From assembly GCA_963797275.1 (NCBI GenBank), contig CAWCOT010000006.1, forward strand, positions 163,469 to 227,468: DNA of 64,000 nucleotides, given 5' to 3'. The notes beneath the pieces were generated by a model that was given only the letters and a program-made list of their open reading frames with translations, did no database searches and was not told the origin of the DNA. Below, in pieces: positions 1 to 8,635 of the stretch. Source of the DNA: an uncultured Chloroflexia bacterium. GTDB taxonomy: Bacteria > Chloroflexota > Anaerolineae > Anaerolineales > UBA11579. The translations under genes were made by a program, and so were the position numbers. Numbering within the stretch: position 1 is the first letter of the stretch; each line of letters begins with the position of its first letter.

Positions 1-669
1 ATGCCGGGCCCGATGTCGTCCGAGAAATGGAAGAGGCCTAGCTCCTTGCCCAGCTTACGGTGGTCGCGCTTCCTGGCCTCCTCCTGGCGCCACAGGTACT
101 CTTCGAGTTCCTGCGGCGTCTCCCAGGCCGTGCCGTAGATGCGCTGCAGCTGCTTGTTGTGCTCGTCGCCGCGCCAGTAGGCCCCGGCGATGCTCATCAG
201 CTTGAACGCCTCCGGGTTGACCTGCCCCGTGGATTTGACGTGCGGCCCGCGGCACAGGTCCGTGAAGCTGTCCTGCGTGTAGAACGAGATCTCCGGCTTT
301 TCCTTGAGCGGCTCGCCGTTCTCGTCCACGCCCCCGGCTTCCAGACCCTCAATCAGCTCCAGCTTGTAGGGCTGGCTCCTTGAACTGCTTCTTGGCCTGC
401 GCCGCCGAGACGACTTCCTTCTTGAACGCAAAGTCCTTGCCAATGATCTCGCGCATGCGCTTTTCGATCACGGGGAAATCCTCCGGCGTCAGCGCCCGCG
501 GCAGGTCGAAGTCATAGTAGAAACCATCCTCGATGGGCGGCCCAATGGCCACCTTGGCCTGGCTGTCCGGGAACATCTCAGTGACCGCCTGCGCCATGAT
601 ATGCGCCGCAGAATGGCGGATTTTATATATTTCCGTGTCTTGGTATCGTTCTGTCTTCTTTTTTGCCAT
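1..669 (-). CDS. thrS: threonine--tRNA ligase, 5' portion; gene runs off the window at base 1 and has an apparent 1-nt frameshift near 372-375
   Basis: Minus ORF 349..669 reads [29 protein letters not shown]...[12 protein letters not shown]. My translation of the minus strand of 1..371 in the neighbouring frame continues [14 protein letters not shown]...[10 protein letters not shown]...[24 protein letters not shown]...[15 protein letters not shown]. This is typical ThrRS. The two frames join only if one base is removed around GAGCCAGCCCTAC. Confidence 0.9.
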
Positions 670-693
670 GTTCTCTCCTTAAAGAACGCCTCC

Positions 694-736
694 GTCATTG
701 CGAGGAGTGCCCACGAAGTGGGCCGACGAAGCAATC
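694..736. repeat. short GC-rich palindromic repeat unit (GTCATTGCGAGGAG-hairpin-GACGAAGCAATC) inside the thrS 5' UTR
   Basis: gtcattgcgaggagtgcccacgaagtgggccgacgaagcaatc shares its flanks with the unit at 8023-8072. It has an internal GCCCAC/GTGGGC hairpin. Confidence 0.5.
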
Positions 737-763
737 TTCGAGCCACTCGAGCAACGCCGCTTT

Positions 764-793
764 AAAAAAAGTTCGCCCATGTATAGGGCGAAC
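764..793 (-). terminator. T-box leader terminator hairpin (GUUCGCCC-loop-GGGCGAAC plus U7)
   Basis: Reverse complement of 764-793 is GTTCGCCCTATACATGGGCGAAC followed by TTTTTTT. It sits immediately 3' of the T-box core. Confidence 0.8.
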
Positions 794-1100
794 TATATAG
801 TCCGTGGTTCCACCTAACTTGATCGGTTAAATTGGCTAGCCTGTTTAATCGAATTTTGAATTAGCCGATTAGCTGATTATCGATCATCTCGTATGCCTGC
901 TAACGGAGGCTGCCGTTCGCCTTACTAAGTCGAAGCTCTTAGGGCTCTTGCTTGTGGGGGGTTTTCGGGCTGGCTGGCTTGCGGAGGCTTGCAGTTAGTG
1001 AAGGCGACTGTTTAACGTCGGCGTCACAGGCCTCGGCTCCCTGGTAACCGCTTCCAACCTTAGTCGTCCCGGTCAACGTGTGATGTTCAGTTGTGGTTCG

Positions 1101-1129
1101 ATTATACGGCGTGTGGGCTGAGAGGGCAA
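1101..1129 (-). promoter_or_regulatory. sigma-70-like promoter for the thrS leader (TTGCCC, 17 nt, TATAAT)
   Basis: Minus strand reads cTTGCCCtctcagcccacacgccgTATAATcgaacc. The same architecture recurs at the second T-box leader. Confidence 0.6.
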
Positions 1130-1362
1130 GCGCAGAGTGCTACTTCGTGAGTTTTTCTTATGCGCCTATTTGCTTATCACTTTAATGGTTTTAGGACTTA
1201 GGCTTACGACTTTCCGTATCAATGCGACATGCCTTTCACAGGTTGAGTAAGGCATCATTCATTACATTAACTTCCCCCAAAGAGTTACCCTCAGCTAGAA
1301 ACGATTAGTGTTGTATCTTTTGCGCTTCCAGGGCATTATCCTGTTTGTCTTTACAACCCTGC

Positions 1363-1945
1363 CTACGTAATCAGGATCATAATGTGATCGAAAACCGGGC
1401 TGCTTATGGTAAAAGAACGTGGCCGTTCTGATTTTGATGTAGGCATACCTAGTTTGAGAAGGATTTGCTTTCCTGAAAACAAGGAGTTACCTGTAAATGT
1501 TTGCGCAACAATTACAAGAATCTTATCCTTTTTGGAAAGCGAAATATCAGGATTGTTAAGTTCAATCTTTTCTACACGAGCACGAGAATCGAAGCTAGAA
1601 TGCTTTTTGTAATAAACAGTGGAATTGATAACTTCAAGTTTTATCTTTTTGGTTTGGGACACTCCCCCTTTGACAATTACGCTTTTTTGCATTTCTTGAC
1701 TTAATAGATCACTACAAATTTAACCTGCAGCGATTGCCCTCCCTCCCTATACCAATGATGACAGTAGGAAAAAATCCGGAGTCGTTTAACTTTTCAACTA
1801 AGTTTCGTTGGGCTTCCTGAACTTGTTCCCACGGTATAGATTTGTCTACAAGTAATTTCCAAACACCTTGCCAACTGTCGCCCCAAAACTGGGGTATAGC
1901 GACCAAAAAACCAACTATTGTAATAAAAATGACGAAGTTATCCAC
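1363..1945 (-). pseudogene. membrane-anchored phosphoribosyltransferase-like gene, disrupted by a frame change near 1738-1748 plus an in-frame TAA at 1720-1722
   Basis: ORF 1712..1945 has an N-terminal hydrophobic helix, then SIPWEQVQEAQRNLVEKLNDSGFFPTVIIGIGREG, which is PRTase-like. ORF 1363..1692 contains KILVIVAQTFTGNSL, a degenerate PRPP-loop-like motif. The adjacent frame reads G(R)AIAAG-stop. The region is AT-rich. Confidence 0.45.
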
Positions 1946-2019
1946 TATATCCTCCTTTTTCTTTAGTCTTTAGTACGACCAACATCAAAAACCAAAGGGC
2001 CTTAGTCATTTTTTGATAA

Positions 2020-2797
2020 TCAGTCTTTTTTTCCGAATTGCAACATCTGGAAGTTTTCCCCACTAGTCAAAACCAATTTGCTATTGTAGGGGGAGAATGC
2101 TCCTTTACTAATATCAGTATCCAACTCAAAAAACGATTGACCACTAAGTTTCCTTTTTCGCAAAGTGATTAGTTTATGAAGGATAGGATCAGGGAACCTG
2201 TTTACAAAGCCATCGCTTAGCAGCACTGAATTCGTCTCTTTCGTAATCCTAATAACCGCATCTACTATGGAAATTTGAGGTAGCAGGTAATTTTTTTCCA
2301 AGCTCTGCCTTTCTGCTAACTGCCGAATGGCCTCTCTCCGAGGATAGTTCCTTTCAACAATGTCGCGGTCGAATTTTCCATTCTTTGCGCAGTTCCTCGC
2401 TTGGGTAAACGAAAATAGAGAAATCGATAATTTTCTCGGTGGATATATTGTTCAACAAGCCTGCGTGAAGACCCTCTACAATTACGATCGGCTTTGGCGT
2501 AACTCTAACAGGCTTACCGAGAAGTCCGTCAACGTGGCTATATGTAGGGGCAAAAATTGCACGCCCTGATCTAAGAGCCTTAATATGGGAAATTAATTCG
2601 TGGAAATCATTTGCATCAATTTGGTCGGGATACTCGTTTATTTTTTTTCTGTCCGCCCTGCTTCTAAAGTGGTACCCGTCCATGTCTAGTATCGCAACAG
2701 AATTCTTCTCAGCTAGCGAAGCTAGATTTCCACTTAGCGTGGACTTTCCTGAAGAACTTAATCCCGCCACTCCTATTACGAATGATTTGGATTGCAA
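2020..2797 (-). CDS. phosphoribulokinase/uridine kinase family P-loop protein, TTG start, apparent 1-nt frameshift near 2364-2369
   Basis: Walker A GVAGLSSSGKSTL, then LDMDGYH, IVIVEGLH and EELRKEWKIR. Shifting one base continues RDIVERNYPRREAIRQLAERQS-LEKNYLLPQ into ORF 2020..2301. This matches the PRK/Udk WKIxRD...ER motif pattern. Confidence 0.7.
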
Positions 2798-3165
2798 GTT
2801 GATTCCCGATCTATTTGAATTAATTTAATACAAAACCCCTTCGTCATTCTAATCCCCAACTTTGCACCTATGTGCTTCCCGATGTCAGTTTGTGCTCAAT
2901 TTCTGTACTTTACCATTTCGGCCCAACCAAATCACAAAATTTTCTCTAGTCTACAATTCCTAATTCGCCTGGGAGCTATAGCCGAGTGTGACCCGCAGGT
3001 CAGCGCCACGTCCATCTGTTTCCTCAAGCTTGATATTCACCCCAATTCCCCTACCTTCGCTTGCCTCCATGCTAAATATGGGGCTACTGGCTGCGCTACC
3101 CGGTCCTGGCAGAAGCAGGCTGCATGCCAAGAGCAGCACTAAGCCCTTTCATCGTGCCTCACTTA

Positions 3166-3445
3166 TTAGCGTGTAGTCAGATCCTTGTCTTCCATCTCCC
3201 AGGCATGGTCGAGCACGTGATAGGCCGTATGTCGGATCAGGAGCGCAGCGAGCCAATTGCGCGCCATTTTGCCCTGCGCATGAAACTCCCGGATGGCATT
3301 GCAATAAGCATCGCTATGCGCCTTCATTCCCTTGGCGCTCAGCATGGCTTCATCCGGGGTGGCCACGCTGAGCTTCTTAGCCGAGTCTTTCATTGGCAAA
3401 GATGTGCCGCACGATGCCATCCGGTCGTCCTCCACCGCGTGGTTC
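3166..3445 (-). pseudogene. 3' fragment of a DinB-like gene (partial paralog of 5800..6471)
   Basis: High nucleotide identity by eye to 5800-6082. One stretch of about 50 nt is identical: tccatctcccaggcatggtcgagcacgtgataggccgtatgtcggatcagg. The protein tail AKKLSVATPDEAMLSAKGMKAHSDAYCNAIREFHAQGKMARNW...IRHTAYHVLDHAWEMEDKDL matches the full-length copy. There are internal indels relative to the parent and no N-terminal two-thirds. Confidence 0.8.
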
Positions 3446-3454
3446 AGACCGACT

Positions 3455-3725
3455 TAAACAAAAATGCTTGCCCGGTATTGGGGCAAGCATCGCTCGCGGT
3501 TCCACCCAATTTAGCCTGATGTCGCTAGGCTATCTTGTATTGCCTGATATCGGAGGCATCCGGTTCCCTTACTGGCCAAGCCGTGTTTTTTACGGCAGTG
3601 TTCAGGGTTCCGCTCGCGGGTGGTTTTCGTGCCGTTTGGCCTGCAAGGGCTCTCAATCGTTGGCCCTGGCTCCCTGGTGGCTGAGGCGGCAATACTCGTC
3701 CCGGTCGACGCGTGTTCTAAATTGT
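3455..3725 (-). promoter_or_regulatory. second T-box riboswitch leader (putative ACC/Thr specifier) with no aminoacyl-tRNA synthetase downstream
   Basis: Minus-strand RNA has AAAUUGGGUGGAACCGCGAGCG (plus 3491-3513) followed by a terminator. The stem-I-like GACCGGGACGAGUA...CCAGGGAGCC parallels leader 1. GAAAACCA (plus 3621-3628) gives ACC followed by a purine. Confidence 0.75.
3458..3490 (-). terminator. terminator hairpin of the second T-box leader
   Basis: Reverse complement reads ATGCTTGCCCCAATACCGGGCAAGCAT followed by TTTTTGTTT. Confidence 0.75.
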
Positions 3726-3731
3726 GCCCTG

Positions 3732-3760
3732 ATTATACGGCGCGGCGTGATCAAAGGCAA
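3732..3760 (-). promoter_or_regulatory. sigma-70-like promoter for the second T-box leader (TTGCCT, 17 nt, TATAAT)
   Basis: Minus strand reads cTTGCCTttgatcacgccgcgccgTATAATcagggc. Confidence 0.6.
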
Positions 3761-3813
3761 GCGCTGCTTCTCGTCCCGGCAGAGTCAGAAATTCCGGTTA
3801 ATATTAAGGAACC

Positions 3814-4194
3814 ATGGGAACAAAAGAGACTGTGACCAAACCGCGCATCTATGCCATGAGCTTCGCCAGAGTCTATCCCCTTTATCAGGCCAAGGCGGAG
3901 AGGAAAGGGCGCACGAAAGAAGAAGTTGATCAGGTCATTCGCTGGCTGACCGGCTATACCCAGCCAGAGTTAGCCGCCCAACTGGAAAAGCAGACCGATC
4001 TTGAGACCTTCTTTGCGCAGGCTCCCCAACTGAATCCGGCACGCGTTTTGATAACGGGCATGATCTGCGGCGTCCGCGTGGAAGATATCAAGGAACCCAC
4101 CATGCAGGAAATTCGCTACCTGGATAAATTGGTCGATGAGCTAGCCAAGGGGAAAACTATGGAGAAGATTTTGCGGGAAATCCCGCGTTCCTAA
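3814..4194 (+). CDS. DUF2200 family protein
   Basis: [37 protein letters not shown] is the pattern I associate with DUF2200. The ORF is clean. Confidence 0.7.
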   Translation: MGTKETVTKPRIYAMSFARVYPLYQAKAERKGRTKEEVDQVIRWLTGYTQPELAAQLEKQTDLETFFAQAPQLNPARVLITGMICGVRVEDIKEPTMQEIRYLDKLVDELAKGKTMEKILREIPRS

Positions 4195-4209
4195 AGGAGC
4201 TCTTACCAC

Positions 4210-4518
4210 ATGGAAAACAAGAAACTCTATCTGCTGCCCAGCGCCTACATCCCGTTCGCTCTGTCGCTGGCCTCGCTGGCCCTGGTGCTGGGGCATGTGG
4301 CCTTGTACGGCACCGCCCGCCAGGCCGACGAGGGCGCCGCCGCCCATCTCTTCCAGCTCTTCATGGTCGTGCAGTTGCCCATCGCCGCTTACTTCGCCAT
4401 CAAGTGGCTGCCCCGCAAGACCGTGCAGGCCCTACTCGTGCTCGGCCTCCAGGCCCTGGCTTACTTCGCCGCCTTCGGCGCCCTATATTGGTACGAGGTG
4501 CTTAGTCAGGTGCATTAA
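4210..4518 (+). CDS. small integral membrane protein, unknown function
   Basis: 102-aa ORF with three hydrophobic segments and an AAGGAG ribosome-binding site 7 nt upstream. It lies 15 nt after the DUF2200 gene. Confidence 0.6.
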   Translation: MENKKLYLLPSAYIPFALSLASLALVLGHVALYGTARQADEGAAAHLFQLFMVVQLPIAAYFAIKWLPRKTVQALLVLGLQALAYFAAFGALYWYEVLSQVH

Positions 4519-4584
4519 CCGTCCGCCAAACATTGGGATAAACTCTAGGGAATTCACAATAGTTTTCGGTTGGCAAGTTCACAT

Positions 4585-5317
4585 ATGAAACAGTATGAAG
4601 CTGTAATAAAGGTCATGCAACAAAATGGCGGGTTCGCAACATTAGGGCACCTCAATAGAGAGGTCTTAAAAGTACCTGACGTCGAATGGAAAACACAAAC
4701 CCCCTATGCAAGCATTCGGCGTATTGTCCAAGACAAGAGATTTTTCTTCAAGATAAAGCCCGGCTTATGGGCGCTGCTTACGTACAAAGATAAATTACCT
4801 GAGCAACTACAACCGGCTGAAAATATATCAAAGCACCAAGAGCAAATGTATAGCCACTCCTATTTTCAAGGATCTCCTTGTAGAAATCGGTAATTTAAGG
4901 AAATATGAAACATTTGTCCCTAATCAAGACAAAAACAAACTTTTCCTAGAAAGACGACTTGGTGATGTTTGTTCGCCGAACACTTTTTACGAATTTGGTT
5001 ACGACCCGATGGTAAGAAAGGCAAGGACTATAGATGTGAGTTGGTTCAATGACCGAAAGATGCCTATCCGGTTTTTTGAAGTTGAACATTCAACAGACAT
5101 TCAAAATTCCTTGCTGAAATTCATGGAGTTACAAGACTTCAACGTCGGATTTTTTATCGTCGCGGACAGTGCAAGAAAGCGAGAATTCAAAAGCAAATTA
5201 GCCTATTCTGCATTTAAGCCCATAAAGGGGCGTGTCCAATTTCTTGATTATGAAAATCTATCAGTCTTGCATTCAAAAGAATATGAGTATAGATCCCTAG
5301 AGATCGGCTGGTTCTAG
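4585..5317 (+). CDS. winged-helix plus restriction-endonuclease-like (PD-(D/E)xK-like) protein, apparent 1-nt frameshift near 4871-4874
   Basis: N-terminus is MKQYEAVIKVMQQNGGFATLGHLNREVL...IRRIVQDKRFFFKIKPGLWAL. After HSYFQG the next frame continues LLVEIGNLRKYETFVPNQDKNK...TIDVSWFNDRKMPIRFFEVEHSTDIQNSLLKF into ORF 5009..5317. The nuclease assignment is tentative. The region is AT-rich. Confidence 0.6.
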
Positions 5318-5322
5318 TATTC

Positions 5323-5538
5323 TTAGTTCCAAAATTCAACTAAATGGACATTATGATATTCAGCATCTATTTCTGCTTCAGCGTTGTCTTCTGCCAACAT
5401 CCATAGTCTCCCTCCATTTAAGCTGTCAATGTAATCACCAGATTCTTCGACATTTCTATGGCCAAATTCAACTAATTCCTCAACAGAAGAGACAGTTCCA
5501 TTATCATTTAAGGTAACAACATATCTTTTAGCACCCAT
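5323..5538 (-). CDS. small acidic hypothetical protein (71 aa)
   Basis: Internal ATG at 5538 is preceded by GGAGG 7 nt upstream. The product is MGAKRYVVTLNDNGTVSSVEELVEFGH...EYHNVHLVEFWN. The N-terminal extension in the 138-aa track ORF is Arg/Ser/Gly-rich and lies in different base composition. The region is AT-rich. Confidence 0.5.
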   Translation of the reverse strand: MGAKRYVVTLNDNGTVSSVEELVEFGHRNVEESGDYIDSLNGGRLWMLAEDNAEAEIDAEYHNVHLVEFWN

Positions 5539-5799
5539 AGGTATTCCTCCGCAAGTTGAATGTTGCGATCCTACCATTCCCGCGCTATTTCTCATAGCAT
5601 CATTCTCATCACTTCGCCCTTTGGAGGCCGGGCATGAGGGAGATCGCTGTGGCTCTGCGCACCCCGAAGGCAAGCCCTGCGTCTTTCTGAGCAAGCCCTC
5701 AGTCCTCCACCAGCCAATAAGCTGGCCCGAGGAATTCATAGGATTCCGTCTCCCCGAATGCGTCCCCTCTACCAGCTATCTTCGCCAGCCAACTACCTC

Positions 5800-6471
5800 T
5801 TACTTCTTCGTCAAATCCTTATCCTCCATCTCCCAGGCATGGTCGAGCACGTGATAGGCCGTATGTCGGATCAGGTAGCGCAGCGGCCAATTGCGCGCCA
5901 TTTTGCCCTGCGCATGAAACTCCCGGATGGCATTGCAATAGGCATCCCGATGCGCCTTCATTCCCTTGACGCTCAGCATGGCTTCATCCGGGGTGGCCAC
6001 GCCCAGCTTCTTGGCCCAGTCTTGTTCATTAGCAAAGATGTGCCGCACGATCCTGTCCCGATCCCGGCCCCCGCCCCGCGGGCCCTTTTGCAGTTCAGCC
6101 GAGACGCGCGACTTGACCTCATCAAAAAAGGTCCAGCACGCCCGCAGCAGTTTCAACTCGCGTTCAAGCTCTTCTACAGACATGCTTTGCTCGTCGATGC
6201 TCGAGAAGCCAAACGAGATGCCCCAGAAGTCGGTTGAGCCAGGGCCGGTGAAGCGCTCGACTACTTCGGCGTCGCTTAACCCCTTGAACGCGTCGCCCAT
6301 CCCAGCCAGCTTTGCCACGACTGCATAACGGGGGATGTAATCGACCAAGCGTTCCACTGCGGCTTCTTCAGTCTTTGCCCCCCGCTCAAGGCCCGGCCAG
6401 TCCGGTGCAAATGCCGCCATCTTTTTGCCTTTCGGTCCGATTTCCAACAGTACGCGCAACGGTTTTGGCAT
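5800..6471 (-). CDS. DinB-like four-helix-bundle family protein (assignment tentative)
   Basis: Clean 223-aa ORF. The C-terminal RYLIRHTAYHVLDHAWEMED His pattern resembles the DinB superfamily. It is the full-length parent of the fragment at 3166-3445. Confidence 0.6.
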   Translation of the reverse strand: MPKPLRVLLEIGPKGKKMAAFAPDWPGLERGAKTEEAAVERLVDYIPRYAVVAKLAGMGDAFKGLSDAEVVERFTGPGSTDFWGISFGFSSIDEQSMSVEELERELKLLRACWTFFDEVKSRVSAELQKGPRGGGRDRDRIVRHIFANEQDWAKKLGVATPDEAMLSVKGMKAHRDAYCNAIREFHAQGKMARNWPLRYLIRHTAYHVLDHAWEMEDKDLTKK

Positions 6472-6827
6472 GCTTCCTCCACAAAATCATATTTCATTCA
6501 GGCGTGCTAATCAACTTAAATACAGAATACACAGTACCGGGATTATTCCCTCTTTTTCCATTCCCGCCAACTTCCTCCCCCTAAATATCAGCATCCATTC
6601 CTTGACATTCGTGTCCTTTTCGTCCTCATGAATACCTTTCGTGCTACATTCTCCAACACAGTAGCGCCGCCATCAACTTATGACTTACAGCCTAGAGCTT
6701 ACAGTTTATGAAATGCCTCATTTGCCTCGCTTGTCCCACCCCCTGCCCAATTATTATTATTACAACTTTCAGGAGCCATATAACTCAAAGTAGAATATGC
6801 GCATACTCTTCGCCATAAGGAGCTTCC

Positions 6828-7937
<1,110 letters not shown>

Positions 7938-7992
7938 CGAGAGGTAGCACCCGTGGTTGCGAGAAGCGCCAAATTCACGATGGTCGCCGTAG

Positions 7993-8072
7993 GGGCGGTT
8001 TGCAAACCGCCCGCCTTCCTTCGTCATCGCGAGGAGGGGCGAGGCGAAGCCATCCGCCCCGACGTGGCAATC
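7993..8072. repeat. cluster of GC-rich palindromic repeat units
   Basis: Perfect 20-nt palindrome gggcggtttgcaaaccgccc at 7993-8012. It is followed by gtcatcgcgaggag-GGGGCG...CGCCCC-gacgtggcaatc at 8023-8072, which shares both flanks with 694-736. Confidence 0.6.
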
Positions 8073-8129
8073 TCCGCCATCAAACACACTTCATGATGGA
8101 AACGAGATAGAAGGCACACCTACAAAAAA

Positions 8130-8594
8130 ATGACCATCCGCCTAACCCCCATCGCCACCATCAGGAACTCCCGCCTTTCACCCATCGACGACGGCTGGGA
8201 CACCATCCCCAGCCAGATCGTCCTGGCCGAAGACCTGCCAGAGGAAGCCTTCGCCGGCATCGAAGCGTTCTCGCACCTGGAGGTCATCTTCTACTTTGAC
8301 CAGGTGCAGAAGCACGACGTAGTCATCGCTGGCCGGCCGCGCGGCAACCCCAATTATCCACTGATGGGCATCTTCGCTCAGCGGAAGAAAGACCGGCCCA
8401 ACGCCATCGGGCTGAGCACAGTCGAGCTGCTGGAACATAACGGCCGCAGCCTCACCGTCCGCAATTTGGATGCCATGGATGGCACCCCCGTGCTGGACAT
8501 CAAGCCGGTGTTTAAGGAATTCGAGCCGCAGGGCGCAATCCGCCAGCCGGATTGGGTATCAACTTTGATGACGAACTATTGGAGCAAGCTTTAG
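8130..8594 (+). CDS. TsaA/TrmO-like (YaeB family) SAM-dependent methyltransferase
   Basis: IATIRNSR..., SHLEVIFYF, FAQRKKDRPNAIGLSTVELL and MDGTPVLDIKPV are hallmark YaeB/TrmO motifs. Confidence 0.8.
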   Translation: MTIRLTPIATIRNSRLSPIDDGWDTIPSQIVLAEDLPEEAFAGIEAFSHLEVIFYFDQVQKHDVVIAGRPRGNPNYPLMGIFAQRKKDRPNAIGLSTVELLEHNGRSLTVRNLDAMDGTPVLDIKPVFKEFEPQGAIRQPDWVSTLMTNYWSKL

Positions 8595-8635
8595 GATTAT
8601 GTATTCTTTATGTCCTTGTGGTGAATAAGAAAATC

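Larger units (their letters stand above)
670..1094 (-). promoter_or_regulatory. T-box riboswitch leader of thrS, putative Thr (ACC) specifier
   Basis: The minus-strand RNA contains AAGUUAGGUGGAACCACGGA (plus 801-820), matching the conserved T-box sequence. It is followed directly by an intrinsic terminator. An upstream GACCGGGACGA...CCAGGGAGCC stretch is stem-I-like. GAAAACC (plus 960-966) offers an ACC codon in a specifier-like context. Confidence 0.8.

Noticed and set aside
1091-1106. GGTTCGATT, a T-arm-like motif suggesting a tRNA.
   Set aside because: No acceptor, D or anticodon stems can be built around it. It overlaps the -10 region of the thrS leader promoter.
5539-5739. The N-terminal extension of ORF 5323..5739 (the 138-aa version).
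   Set aside because: The extension is Ser/Arg/Gly/Pro-rich and lies in GC-rich DNA unlike the AT-rich remainder. An internal ATG at 5538 has a well-spaced GGAGG site. The 71-aa version is preferred.
1131-6600. Calling the accessory region a defined mobile element or prophage.
   Set aside because: There is no integrase, transposase, terminal inverted repeat or phage structural gene in the window. Only the compositional shifts and the 280-bp direct repeat can be supported, so these are reported as observations rather than as a mobile_element feature.
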